The translations under genes were made by a program, and so were the position numbers. Positions 10,735-22,271 of a stretch of 49,410 bases of DNA are shown here, piece by piece. How positions within the stretch are numbered: position 1 is the stretch's first letter; every line of letters begins with the position of its first letter. The stretch spans positions 1 through 49,410 of the forward strand of contig JALAGF010003958.1 of assembly GCA_030167865.1 (NCBI GenBank). Direction: 5' to 3'. Under the pieces are notes generated by a model that ran no database searches, was not told the DNA's origin, and saw only the letters and a program-made list of their open reading frames with translations. The stretch is from Craspedostauros australis. Taxonomy: Eukaryota.

Positions 10735-12021
10735 ATGACGAAGGTTCTCGAGGAACTGGCTTCAGCAGGAAAGGCTGGTAGATCGAGCAAACGGGGCAGC
10801 ACGGTTGACAATGCGTCGGGCTCTCCACCCAACGATGGTGGCGACGATTCCGACGCCCAAGATCAGACCGATCGTCAAGCATTCCCAATCCGAGATTGCG
10901 AGCAACTCTTCGCGGAACGCACCACGGTCAGCTGTGCCTTGGACCGATGCTGCGTGCCATGCGCATACAAGATCGCGTGCTTCGACGTTGCAAGGGATAC
11001 CGAATTCGGCAAACCCATACCCAACCAGCGTCCGGAGATGTGCCCCAGAAGCTATGATGGCGAAGCGTCATCGCCGTTGTCGTTATCGAAACGCAGGAGA
11101 GAGACGGATGCTGCGTTGCCCTACGGATACAGACAAGGGATGAGCATTCTGACGCTTGGTGATGGCGATCTCACATTCTCGTTGGCGATCGCCCGCATGC
11201 TGCTATCGAACGGTGATGATTCCGGATCCTCATCGCACAAGAACAAGAAGGAGACGGAGGATGGCACGACGATCGTTGCCACCAGTTTTGAAGACGAGGA
11301 GACGTTGCGTCGTGTGTATCCCAACTTTCGAGCAATCCAAACGGAGTTGGAACAATTGGGTGTCATCATCCGATACACTGTGGACGCCACCGATCTGGCC
11401 ACGACGCTAAACTCACAAAGTAAACAGAAGGCACAGGAGCAAACCACGTTCCCCACCAAGTTCGATCGCATCGTGTGGAACTTCCCCTGCACGGCCATTG
11501 GCAATGGTCAAGACGGACAGAACCAGCAAATGGAGCACAATAAGGAGCTGCTGCGACAGTTCGGTGCCAACGTGCAACCCTACATGAACGAGACGACGCA
11601 AATTCACATGAATCACAAAACCAAACCGCCTTACAATCAGTGGAAGCTGCAGGATCATGTCACGGCCCCGCCCGGTGCGTTGCAGTACGTCGGCAGGATC
11701 GTGTTGGATCGGTATTTGGTGGCACCCTACACACCACGTAAGGCGCTGGACAAGAAGAGCTTCCCATGCCACGATGCATGCGTGTACGTGTTCGAAGAAA
11801 CGAGCAATGGAGCCATCAACAAGGGTGATGCCACGGCCTTGGCAGGATACGACGTCATTCCTGTGACACGCGAATTGATACAGCGGATACGCACCAAGTT
11901 GCAGGCGCAACGTCCCATGCAACTGAAGCAGGGACGAGCAGGATCCAAACGGCGAAAGAGATCAAGGCACAACCGCGAGCTCAATAAAGATGTTCAGAAG
12001 CGATTGCGTGGACGATTATAA
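10735..12021 (+). CDS. DUF2431 / Bmt5-like 25S rRNA (uridine-N3) methyltransferase domain protein
   Basis: ILTLGDGDLTFSLAI, IVATSFEDEETL, VDATDL and FDRIVWNFPC match the family pattern. The basic C-terminal tail is consistent with nucleolar localisation. Confidence 0.85.
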   Translation: MTKVLEELASAGKAGRSSKRGSTVDNASGSPPNDGGDDSDAQDQTDRQAFPIRDCEQLFAERTTVSCALDRCCVPCAYKIACFDVARDTEFGKPIPNQRPEMCPRSYDGEASSPLSLSKRRRETDAALPYGYRQGMSILTLGDGDLTFSLAIARMLLSNGDDSGSSSHKNKKETEDGTTIVATSFEDEETLRRVYPNFRAIQTELEQLGVIIRYTVDATDLATTLNSQSKQKAQEQTTFPTKFDRIVWNFPCTAIGNGQDGQNQQMEHNKELLRQFGANVQPYMNETTQIHMNHKTKPPYNQWKLQDHVTAPPGALQYVGRIVLDRYLVAPYTPRKALDKKSFPCHDACVYVFEETSNGAINKGDATALAGYDVIPVTRELIQRIRTKLQAQRPMQLKQGRAGSKRRKRSRHNRELNKDVQKRLRGRL

Positions 12022-12270
12022 CGACGATGGTTTGCTGCTGCGTGGCTGTCAGATCATCTGTACGAGAATTGCGAGTCAGCGAAAGTAGGACTACCCAGCT
12101 GCTTCCCTACGACCTACGACCTACTCTACTATTCTCGTATGGGAGAATAACGAGAGTTCGCCTCTTTCTAAATCAGCAAGAGCAGAATAAGATGTTGCCT
12201 CTCTGCATAATGTAGCACTGCTAGTGGAAGCACAACTGTACTATGTAGGATCAGTTGGGGGTTACACGGC

Positions 12271-14722
12271 TTAGAACGTCTGCTGCGCTCCATATCCTTG
12301 CTGATACGGGTTGGCAACTGGTGCTTGGGCCTGTGGCGGTTGTGCCTGGAACGATGCTCCGTATGGATTTGCCTGCCCGTATCCTTGCGCCTGCGGTGGC
12401 GGCTGTTGTTGCTGCTGCTGCGGAGGTGGGGCTCCGTATAGCTGACCTGGCTGCGGTGCGCCGGGGTAGGCGGTGGTCGTTGGTCCGTAAGATGGCACCA
12501 TTGCGCCGCCTGGGAGGGACATGGTATCGCTGAACTGATTAACTGCCGCGCCGCCTCCCTGTCCTGGGTACGACGCTGTTTCGTCGAATCCACCAGCCCC
12601 TGCTGCGTTGCCAAAGTCGAGAAGGTCCGTCGCAGACACCACGGACTGGGCGGCCTCGCGATTGCCGCCCTGGTAGCTCCTGTCATCTGGGGCGCCGCCT
12701 TGATTGGGATGCTGGGCCGGTGGGGCCCCATTCGTCGCTGGCATCGCTCGCCTCTCGCTGCTCTCTCCGCCTTGCGGGGCTGTCATTGTCGCGATCGATG
12801 CAATCGTGGTTGGCAGCAACAGAAATAGAAACAAGAGTGTTCAATTGGGAAAATAGATGAGAAATGTGAGTGATGGAAAGAGCCTCCATTCATGTATCCG
12901 CTTCACAAATCGTCGTACGAAAAAAAGACAATGGCAATAACAGCAATATCAACAGCAATAACAACGACGATGACACGGCATGACGCAAAACAGCACAACA
13001 CAACTTACAGAAGCCTTGTGGGAGGCTGTAGTTGGAGTATGGCTGACCTCCAGCCTCGACACCACGGTTGTCTCCATCGGCGCCGTAGCCGCCTTGGAGG
13101 TTGGGGTTGTTCTGGCGCACGGCTCCTGTGGCACGCACGCCACCCTCCAGTGGCGTGTTGCGCATGCACTGGACGATGGTGGCGCGCATGGCATCCACCT
13201 CCTTGGGATCGTAGGAACCAAAGGCGGCCGCGATGGTGGGTCCGTAATCCATCCAGCGCTCGAGCTTGAACTGGCGGACCATCTTGTTGCCGTAGGGTTT
13301 GGAACGGCATTGCGTGACCTGGTATCCGCGAACGTTGGGTTTGTAGAGGTCATGCACGAAGTTGACGGCGAGCTTGATGAGGAAGTTGCGCTGGGATTGG
13401 CTGAGGTACGGGTTGTTGAGCCAGTCCTTGAAGTCGGTTTCGGTACGGAACCACAGCATGGTGTGCGAGCCGTATTGGATCCAGAAGGCCTGCTTCCACT
13501 TCTTCATGACGATGGTGCGGAAGGAGATGCGGGAGAGGATGTAGCCGGATCTCTTGACCAGTTCTGCCTTTGGCAATGACGATGTTCCTTGGGCGGTTCG
13601 GGCCAGCTCCAAACTGTACTTGTTGCGAGCCTGTTCCCCCACACTGAGCTTATTCTCGTTCGCCGACACCATCGCGGTGGAGTCAGCACCCGGGTTGCGC
13701 TCCGAGTACGGGCTGCTCAATGAACTTTGCTGCTGCTGCTGCTGTGCGGACGGTCCATCCGGTGTGTTTGGCTGGTAGCGTGGGCGGTCCATGGCATCCC
13801 CACCGTTCTGCGAATACGAGGCGCTGCGCATGGAATCAGCAGCAGGTGCTGGGACCGGTGGCATCGGTGCAGGAGCTGGTGGCGCCGGTGGAGGGGAGCC
13901 GACTGGGATTTGGGCGCTGCCCCAAGGATCCGTCATGGGGTTCGCGACGGGCGCTGGTGGTTGGACCTGCGGTGGTGCTGGCGCTGCCGTCCATTGGTTG
14001 GCGTTGGGGTTGACGGCCGGCACCAGAGCACCGCCTGCGGGTTGCTGCGGCACGGCATTGGCGTAGGGGTTGGTCTGCTGCTGCGAGACCACGAGCGCAC
14101 CACCTCCAAATGGGTCGGCGGGTGCTGCAGCGGGTTGCTGGTGCTGCTGCTGGTGGTGGTGGTATTGCGGAGACGGCGCTCCGAATGGATCCGCCGGTGC
14201 TGCGGCAGGCTGCTGCACGGATGGGGAGGACATCATGGGATCGAAGCTTGCGACGGACTGCTGCGGACTCGCCATGGAGCTGGCGGCAGGTGGCTGCGGT
14301 TGGCCTGGCATCATGGCGCCTCCAAAGGCCGCGGCGGGAGACTTGACTGGAGTTCCGTAGGCCGCTGGGGACTGCGTCGGCATGGGCATTTGACCGAACG
14401 GATTGGCCTGTGCCTGCATGGGCATCGGCTGCTGCATCATGGTCCCTGGCGTGGATGGCGCGGGTTGAGCTGGTTGGGAATGTGGGCTTGGTGCCGCAGC
14501 AGCCATCTGCGGCTGTCCGAAGGGCATCCCATTTTGCTGGGGCGCTGGTGGTGGATACTGACCAGGAGGCATGCCCATGCCCATGCCGGGTTGCTGCTGT
14601 TGCGGAGGAGCCGCACCGAACGGGCTCTGCTGTTGCGGCTGCTGCTGCGGTGGGGGCGTGGCTGGCACAGGCGGAGCGCCTGCTGCCTGACCGGCGAATG
14701 GATCGAATGGGTTCCCAGACAT
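12271..14722 (-). CDS. Pro/Gln-rich protein with a PH-like domain and NPF/DPF/DPW motifs; exons 14722-13009 and 12779-12271
   Basis: Donor GTAAGT at 13008 and acceptor CAG at 12782-12780 join ORFs 12890..14722 and 12271..12834 in frame (..QGF-S-PQGGE..). The folded core VKRSGYILSRISFRTIVMKKWKQAFWIQY..LWFR..FKDW resembles a PH fold. Confidence 0.78.
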
Positions 14723-15790
14723 CCTGCGAGTTCTCTCTGTTTCTCTTTCTTCCTTGTTTGCTTGGCTTCGGATTGTGCGCTGTTGCTTGATTGATTGATT
14801 GATTGGTTGGTTGAATCGATCGTTTTGTAGTTGAGTGACTAGCCGCGGTTGGTTGACTTTGCTTCCGATGCTTCAGGACGGCTGCGGCGGAGCAAGGGTA
14901 TGTATGACTGCTCTTCGCGGCTCTCCTCAGATGTCTGTGTGGAATCCTTTCGGCTTTGGTTCTTGATTCTTGGTCTTTCGTTTTTGGTGTTGTTGTGTTG
15001 GATGGCGCGATGTTGGTTGTGCGCTTCGCGGCATTGCGCGGTTTTCCGAATTGCGGTGATGTGTTGTGGTTGCTTTTGCGCTGTTGTGGTGGATTCGCGG
15101 GCTGAGTGCGCGAAACAAGCCGTTGGGTCGCGGCATTTTGTACGGAATCCTTAATGCGGTAGTTATTTGGCGGTTAACTTTCATTCGTGATCAAGATTCT
15201 TTTTGCACGATTCGATGACCGGAAGTATCTCTTCCGAACCAAGAAGATGCTCCGATGGAGTCTCCTGAGAGAACTGGATCCGCATCCGCAGCCTGTGAGA
15301 TGGACATGGTCGTTTCCGATCCAAGTTCCAGCTCCACCCCGCCTCCAGTTCGTGCGACTACAAGATCTTCCAATACCATAGGCAGGCAGGCGCAAGAGCG
15401 CAGTCCCAAGCGTATTCACAGCTGCGAAGAGATGGCATGCCATCAGATACAATGCTGGCTATGCTTTGCATTGCTTTGATCTCCCATCTCTCCTGGGCAC
15501 GCGTACACTTGAATTGTATTAGAGTATCTGCGTTCACTTCTCTTGGTTTGTTTGTCCACAAGTTCAATTGCCTGGATGCAATCGACTTCAAAATATCACG
15601 ATATTCGCACAAGCATGAAGCAGCCCACGCTGCGCTGCTTCGTTCTCCCTGCCGCTCTCCCTGCGTTCCTCCCCGATTTACTTCGTCGGTGTCAAGCACG
15701 CGAGCTCTCTTCTTCCACCTCCATCTCCACTTCTTCCCGATTCTCTTCATCCATCCCCTTCGATGCACCACTATACTCGTATATTGACGT

Positions 15791-17386
15791 TTAATGATGA
15801 TGGTCTTCCACGATCTTGGATAGAGCTGGTGCGCACTGCAACGGCACGACCGGCGCGCCATGGGTGCTGTCGTAATCGCCCTGCTTGATCTCGTACATCG
15901 TCTCGTCTTCGTTGCCGCGGATCCACGGGTGGTTCTGCGCCTCGCGCACCGTCATGCGCTCCTCCGGGTTGGGCTTGGTGAGGGAGGAGATGAAGAGCGT
16001 GGCCGATTTGGGGAGGTCGGCCGTGTCACGCACGCGGAACGGCGGCTTGGGGTTGCTCTTGGATGACGACGACGAGTCGACGTTGCCGCCGCCGAAGCAG
16101 CAGCAGCCGACCTCCACAATCTCGTCCTCGACTTCCTTCGTGGTGTGCTTCTTCATGTACTGGGATATCGTGGAGTTGGGTGGGACGCCGGTGAGGACCA
16201 CGCGCAAGGTCCAGCCAACGGAGTAGGCGTCGACGATCATTCCGTAATCCGCGACGCACTCGGTGAGCGCGGCGTTGCGCTTTTCAAAATCTTCGGTGGT
16301 CTTGTTGCGCAGCTTGTGCTTAATTTCTGGCGCAGCGTACGCCTTGGTTCCGAGCGCGCTCATGGACCTCATCTTGGTGCGCGTCGTGGATTGTCTGGAC
16401 GCGGCGCCGCGCTTGCCACGCGTGGTGGGAGGTGGATGGGAACGGCCCGTCGGGCTGCCCTCCTTGATGGGTCTGTTCTCGTCGACGCCCTCCAACGCCG
16501 AGACGTGCGACGTGCGTCGCTTGGTCGTCTCCTCCTGGATGGAGACCCTTCTCATGGCGGCAGCGGCCTGCTCCACCAGCGCCATGTCATCCGATCCATC
16601 ATGATCGGAATCGTTGTCGCCATCGGGGGCAGCACCGTTGCTGTTGCTGTTGGTGTTGATGTTGTTGTTGCCATGTCCGGAATCCATGCCCGCGAGCATC
16701 TTGGCGATGTTCTTCTTCTCGAGCAGGACGGAGCCTCTCATGGGGGCCTTCTGCTGCTTGTACTCCTTCTCCTCCAGCGCGCGCGCGAATCCAAAGTCGA
16801 CCACCATGACGCGCCATTTGTTCCTGTCACACTGCTTCTGCGCATCGTCGTCGTCGCTCCATATCGAGTAGTCCATGGAGTAGTCGTAGTAATCCGTCGG
16901 CGGCAGCTCCGTGTTCTCCAATATGCAGTTGGTCGGCTTGATGTCTCTGTGCAGCACTGCGCGTCCGTGCAGGTAGCTGACGGCCGATATGAGCTGCCTC
17001 GACACCAGCCTTGCCAACGGCAGACCCAGAGCACCTCGCTTGCTGACGACGCGCTGCAGGTTGGGACCGCGAGCCAGCTGCAATGCCACCAACCGCGACG
17101 TGTCCTTGTAGACGGGGAAGGCGCGGATTAACCGGATGACGTAGGGATGGCGCAGCTCGCTGAGGATGGAGATCTCGCGTTCCGCGTAGACCTTCCCCTT
17201 CTCCTCCTTGATCTCGATGTTCTTGAGGGCGACGTACTCGTCATCGAGCTCGTCCATGGGCTGCGTCATGCGCTTTCCCATCCAGACCAGGCCGAACGAG
17301 CCGCGTCCGAGCACCTCGATGCGTTCGTACATCTCCTCGGCCTCGTGGGGCCAGTCTTCTTCGTGAAACATGGCTGGGTCGGCCAT
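15791..17386 (-). CDS. Serine/threonine protein kinase with a large activation-segment insert
   Basis: GRGSFG, VALK, REISIL, HRDIKPTN, DFG, GTKAYAAPE, DAYSVG and PEERMT..HPW. The first ATG is at 17386 (MADPAMF). Confidence 0.93.
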   Translation of the reverse strand: MADPAMFHEEDWPHEAEEMYERIEVLGRGSFGLVWMGKRMTQPMDELDDEYVALKNIEIKEEKGKVYAEREISILSELRHPYVIRLIRAFPVYKDTSRLVALQLARGPNLQRVVSKRGALGLPLARLVSRQLISAVSYLHGRAVLHRDIKPTNCILENTELPPTDYYDYSMDYSIWSDDDDAQKQCDRNKWRVMVVDFGFARALEEKEYKQQKAPMRGSVLLEKKNIAKMLAGMDSGHGNNNINTNSNSNGAAPDGDNDSDHDGSDDMALVEQAAAAMRRVSIQEETTKRRTSHVSALEGVDENRPIKEGSPTGRSHPPPTTRGKRGAASRQSTTRTKMRSMSALGTKAYAAPEIKHKLRNKTTEDFEKRNAALTECVADYGMIVDAYSVGWTLRVVLTGVPPNSTISQYMKKHTTKEVEDEIVEVGCCCFGGGNVDSSSSSKSNPKPPFRVRDTADLPKSATLFISSLTKPNPEERMTVREAQNHPWIRGNEDETMYEIKQGDYDSTHGAPVVPLQCAPALSKIVEDHHH

Positions 17387-18618
17387 ACTGTTGCTACGCT
17401 GCTTCACTACTGCACTACTTCACTACTACACTGCCAGCAATGAATGCTCGAAAGAGGATGTGCTGTCCTTGGATCGATGCGTACGTGTACGTGTATGTGT
17501 ATGTGTATGTGTGTACGTGTGTATGTGTGGTATGTGTGGTACGTGTTGTGGTATGTGTTGTGCAGACAACTCGTGGTGTTTGCAGGGTAAGAGGGTGCAA
17601 TGATCGCGGGCTTGGCAGAGGAGGTGTTGGAGGCTTCTCACTCTGTGCTGTGCGTGGCTTGGTCGGAGCAAAGCAAGCAGCACCAGTCGTTCAGGTACTC
17701 TGCTCTACGTGCGCTCTATGCTCTATTCACCCGTCTGCTTCTTGCTGATGTCGTGTTGGCTTTTGCGACAGTCTCGGATCTTCGAGTTCTCGTGGTGTGG
17801 ATTGAGGCGGACGAAACGGGACGAAGCCAAGCACAAGAGGCAACGTGACGATGGTTGGTTGTTGGTTGCTGGTTGCTGGTTGTTGGTCGTTGGCTGGTCA
17901 GATGATGCTGATGGATACAGGTCCTGGTTGGAGGCGTCGTTGTTGGGACGATTTGTTGATCTCTTGGCTACGGATACGAGCTGTGGGCGCACTGTGGCGC
18001 GTTTGTTGGTGCTTTCGGTGATGTCTCGGTCAATCAAGGGTGCACGGAAGAGTTGCCTCCTCTCGGATGGGAACAGGGCAAGAACCTGAAGGTTCCAGGG
18101 AACACCTCGCTGGTTGCTGTTGTGGAGTCCTTTGTCGCTGTTCTACGCAGGCTTCGCCGCTTTGGAATCTCGCTCTCTTTGTGTTTTCGGCGCGTTTCCC
18201 CGTTCTTCCGAATCTGTCTTTGTCGTGTGCGGATTGCCCACCAAGAGAAGGGAATCGAAGATGTGACAAATTATTGATTGACGAAATTCGTGCCTGTCAC
18301 GATGACCAATTTGCTTTAATTGGTATAAGAGTATGGTTAAAACGAATGCACAAGAACAGAAGATAGTCCCCAAAAACTCGGACTTCAAAATCTTGAAAAC
18401 CAGACACAACAACAGCGACGGCATCATTTCACCATGGACACGCACATCAATGCCAACATTCGTCTCTCCACGCATTGCGCATGTGTACACTCGGAACTCT
18501 TTTGCAGGATACGAGCACTTCGCTATCCAAGAGGAGCATCGGCATCGGCAAGGACCAGCGCCAGCAACAAGCATCAACAACGACGACACCAACCGCACTT
18601 CCGAATCCCCACGCGAGC

Positions 18619-19332
18619 ATGAGGATGCAACGCTCCAAATCGATGTGGGCCTCCATTGCTTTGTCCGTGTTGGTGCTGACGCCTGTTCTGTCATTTCAGC
18701 CACATTTCGGATCGCGATACCAAGGCAGAAGTTCACACCACCCACAGCACTCGGTCCAATGCGCGAGCAGTTCGTCGCAGCGGTCCGCCTTCCTCATTCA
18801 TGCGCAGCAAAGGTTGGCAAGAACACGGCCACTCGTGTCAGCAACAACTGCAACATCGGTATGTCTGTCTGCCATCAATGAGGAAAACGCAGACGGCAGC
18901 AGCGACATCGATGACAGCCTCCAAACGTTCTCCCAACAGGAGATGGAGCAGATCATCATGGACCTGTCCACCATCAAGGACGACGAGGAGCGCCGTCAGC
19001 AAGTCTCCAACTTCCTGCAGCAGCAGCTGACGATGTCGTCCGACTTTGCCAAATTGTTCGATTCCACCTTGATTCAGATTGGTCAGAAGGTGCAATCCAG
19101 CCTCGCTGCCTCGGCCTCCGCCAGCAACACCAGCAGCGGCGAGTACCAGGAGTCACAGCTCTGGGCCTTCGTCGACATGATGGTGCAGTCCAAGACCATA
19201 TTCAAGAAGCACCAGCGAAGTGATGCGCTGATGCAGACACGCAAGGATAGCGAGCAACAACACCAGCACGACGAGGAACAGGAACAGCAGAAGACGAAGG
19301 ATGACGAGCAACAGGAGGATGTCTTTCAATAA
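18619..19332 (+). CDS. Hypothetical protein, probably plastid-targeted
   Basis: MRMQRSKSMWASIALSVLVLTPVLS-FQP is a signal peptide followed by Phe, then an S/R/Q-rich transit region. The helical mature part (QLWAFVDMMVQSKTIFK) has coding-like codon usage. Confidence 0.7.
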   Translation: MRMQRSKSMWASIALSVLVLTPVLSFQPHFGSRYQGRSSHHPQHSVQCASSSSQRSAFLIHAQQRLARTRPLVSATTATSVCLSAINEENADGSSDIDDSLQTFSQQEMEQIIMDLSTIKDDEERRQQVSNFLQQQLTMSSDFAKLFDSTLIQIGQKVQSSLAASASASNTSSGEYQESQLWAFVDMMVQSKTIFKKHQRSDALMQTRKDSEQQHQHDEEQEQQKTKDDEQQEDVFQ

Positions 19333-20044
19333 GCAAAAACATGGGCAAACAGGCAACCTATTACAACGAATTGCAACGTGTTGCATTCTTAATTCAATCG
19401 ACGATAGACTGGAAATACAATATCTTACTCTAATTTTATATTCAACTGAAGAACTCAGATGGATTCGAGGCAAATCAGATCGGCGAATTGAAATGTCACC
19501 CACTGTGCTACCCTGCGCTGAATGAATGAACGAATTGATGAATTGCTGAAACCAAGCCGCCGCCTGTGCTGATAGTAGAGTAGGTGCAACGCCCTTCTCT
19601 ACTTTTCTGAACGATGGAGCCGCCTGAGGTGCTGGGTGAGTAGGAGCGGTCGGTATGAAAGATGGAGGCCCCATGAAGATCCGCATTGGGATGCTCTCTA
19701 GAGTGCTTTGCCTTGTAGTCAGTCATGTACACAAAGTATCCATGATTGGACTCGTGTGATCGACTACGCACCAACCAAAACACAAAACACGAAGAAAAGA
19801 GGAAAACGAGGCCCACCATGACGCAACGATGTTGGTTGCTTTTGGTTGCCGCTTTCTATCCTCGTTCGCGGCACAGGTCCACAACAGACCAAGCAGCCAC
19901 ACCTTGCTTACCTGTCCGAGTAGCGCCATACGTCGGCAGTGATCAGGAACACAGACAACCAAATACATACGTGCACGTAGAAGAACACACACACATACAC
20001 ATACACATACACCCGCTAGGATTGCACGTACTCTACACGCTACG

Positions 20045-22013
20045 ATGGGAGCCAGAAAGAAGCGACAGCACAAGGAGCCGGAAGAGGTGGAAGAAGATGA
20101 AATGAGCGAAGAAGTCGACAATCAGGAAGAGGAAGAAGACAGCGAGGACGAGAGTGAGGATGATAGTGAGGATGACAGCGACGACGATGAGCCACAGGGC
20201 GATGTGACTGCTGTTTTCAAGGGCATCGATATGGATGATGACCATGCTGATGATGGCGATGATGGCGACGACAGCGATGACGACAGCAACGATGATAATG
20301 ACAATGATGACGTTCCATCACTCGCCAACACGAATCGTTCCGAAGCATTGACGTTTGATCTGCGAAACCTGCTGGCTTTGAATACGCATCAGATCGCCAA
20401 TGCATCGCTATACACCAGCAAGGCCAGGAAAGATGATGGCAGCATCGAAATTCCATTGAAGAATGCGGAGTTGACAATCAATGATGAATTCCTTCTGGAG
20501 AAAGCATCGGAGGGTTGCGCCAAATTGATCGAAGCATTGTGGAAGCTGCCGATGGAACAGAGCGATGCCGGCCCAATGGTCACCTTGCCGACATACGATG
20601 AAGTGCGCTTGCCAAGATCACTGGTGCGTACTACCAACGACCTTGCCATGCCATGCATATCTGTGTTGTGGCTCTCGGGATCTTCTGCACTATTAACTTT
20701 CATGTGGTCAGGTCTCGACTTGTGCTGCATGTCTTCTTGAATGATGAGAGCGTTGGGCATAATAAGGCCTTTCACTCAATCATCTTCTACTGCATCCAGA
20801 AATTCTTGTTGGATGCATTCGGCGTGGCGAATGAGCTTTTCATCACATGGCACACCAACATGTCATGGCATCTCTCCTTCTGCAATCTGTGCCTCTAAAA
20901 TCACTCACTCACGCCACGTGACAAATCACAACACCGACATACTCTGCTCTACTCTCTATCCTCGTACATTGAATGTAATCTCACTTGACCCTACATCAAT
21001 AGCCACCACCAGCACCCAAACAAGAAACGAAATGGGAGCAATTCGCAAAGGCCAAAGGAATTCCGCTCAACAAGGAGAAGCGATCGCGTAAGGTATTCGA
21101 CGAGACAACCGGCGAATGGATGTACCGCACAGGATACCAAAAGGCAAATGATGATTCTCGCTCATGGCCCATCATGGAGGTTGGTCCCAACGATGACCCC
21201 TTCGCCGATCCATGGGAGAAGATTCGGGATGAGAAGAACGCACGCAAGAACAAGAACATGGAGAGCCGCATGCGCAACGCAGAGCGTGTTGGCGAATTGA
21301 ACAGAGGCACGACGAACCGTACCATGAAGAGTATAGATCGCAAACGGAAGGCGGGCAAGGAAGGAGGCAATGCAGACCGGGATGCGCCCTTGCCAACCGG
21401 CGTGCCGGTGGATCTCAAGCAATCCAACCAGGGCATTAAACTGCGCGGCAAGGACTCCACCATCAAGGCGCTGATGGCGACGCAGCGATCCACGGCGTCG
21501 CTGGGCAAATTCGACAAGATGCGGGAAGGCGAACCAGAACGCAAGAAGGCACTGTCCAAGCTCAAGAAGAGAAAGCTGCAGCAATCCACAGACCGCAAGG
21601 TCGTCACGACGGAGGGCGAACGCGGTTTGAAGATTCTGAATTCGGTCATGAATGGTGGTGGCGCAGCCAAGGAACGGGCACGCAAGAAGGGTGCATTGGC
21701 CACAGGAGAGACAGCTTACGATTACGAATACAGCGACGGATTGGGCGCATCATCATTCCGAAAGAAGAAGGCAAGTCGACACTGTTCTACGAGTATTGCT
21801 GTTGCCGCTGTGATTTCGATTGAGTTGCTGCACCCATTGTTCACTGCATTTTTAGCATCATTCTCACTCTTTGCGCAACCTTCCACCGTACTTCGTGATC
21901 ATGAAATACATTCCACTGCTCGACTCCACTCTACTCACTCTATTCTACTTTGTCGACAGGGACGTGCTGGTGCCGGAAAGCTCAAGAAGTTGACAAAGAA
22001 ACGTGCAGCGTAG
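20045..22013 (+). CDS. RRS1: Ribosome biogenesis regulatory protein RRS1; exons 20045-20623, 21003-21770, 21960-22013
   Basis: Spliced LPRSL-PPPAPKQETKWEQFAKAKGIPLNKEKRSRKVFDETTGEWMYRTGY and STASLGKFD are RRS1 signatures, and the N-terminus is acidic. The second intron is predicted to be GC-AG. Confidence 0.92.
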
Positions 22014-22271
22014 CCTCAAACCAAATGAGAGGAAGCACTCTGTCATTCCAGTACCATGAGAGTAATCGTAGAGCAGAATAGTTGAATGGCTTCAACAAGC
22101 GGTATCGCAGATCATGGCCCTTACGAGTGCAATGATTGGGTCACAATGATTACAAATAGTACTATGTGAGCCATTATATTATACGTCTCCGCACTCTCTC
22201 TGGGTAACGTGGGTAGTGCTCTGTTCAAGTACGAGTAGTGCGCTTTGCTCCGCTCTGATCCCGTTCTGACT

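Noticed and set aside
20741-20835. Possible box C/D snoRNA in RRS1 intron 1 (ATGATGA plus an 8-bp hairpin tgcatcca/tggatgca)
   Set aside because: No CTGA box D at a suitable distance and no rRNA-complementary guide that I could identify.
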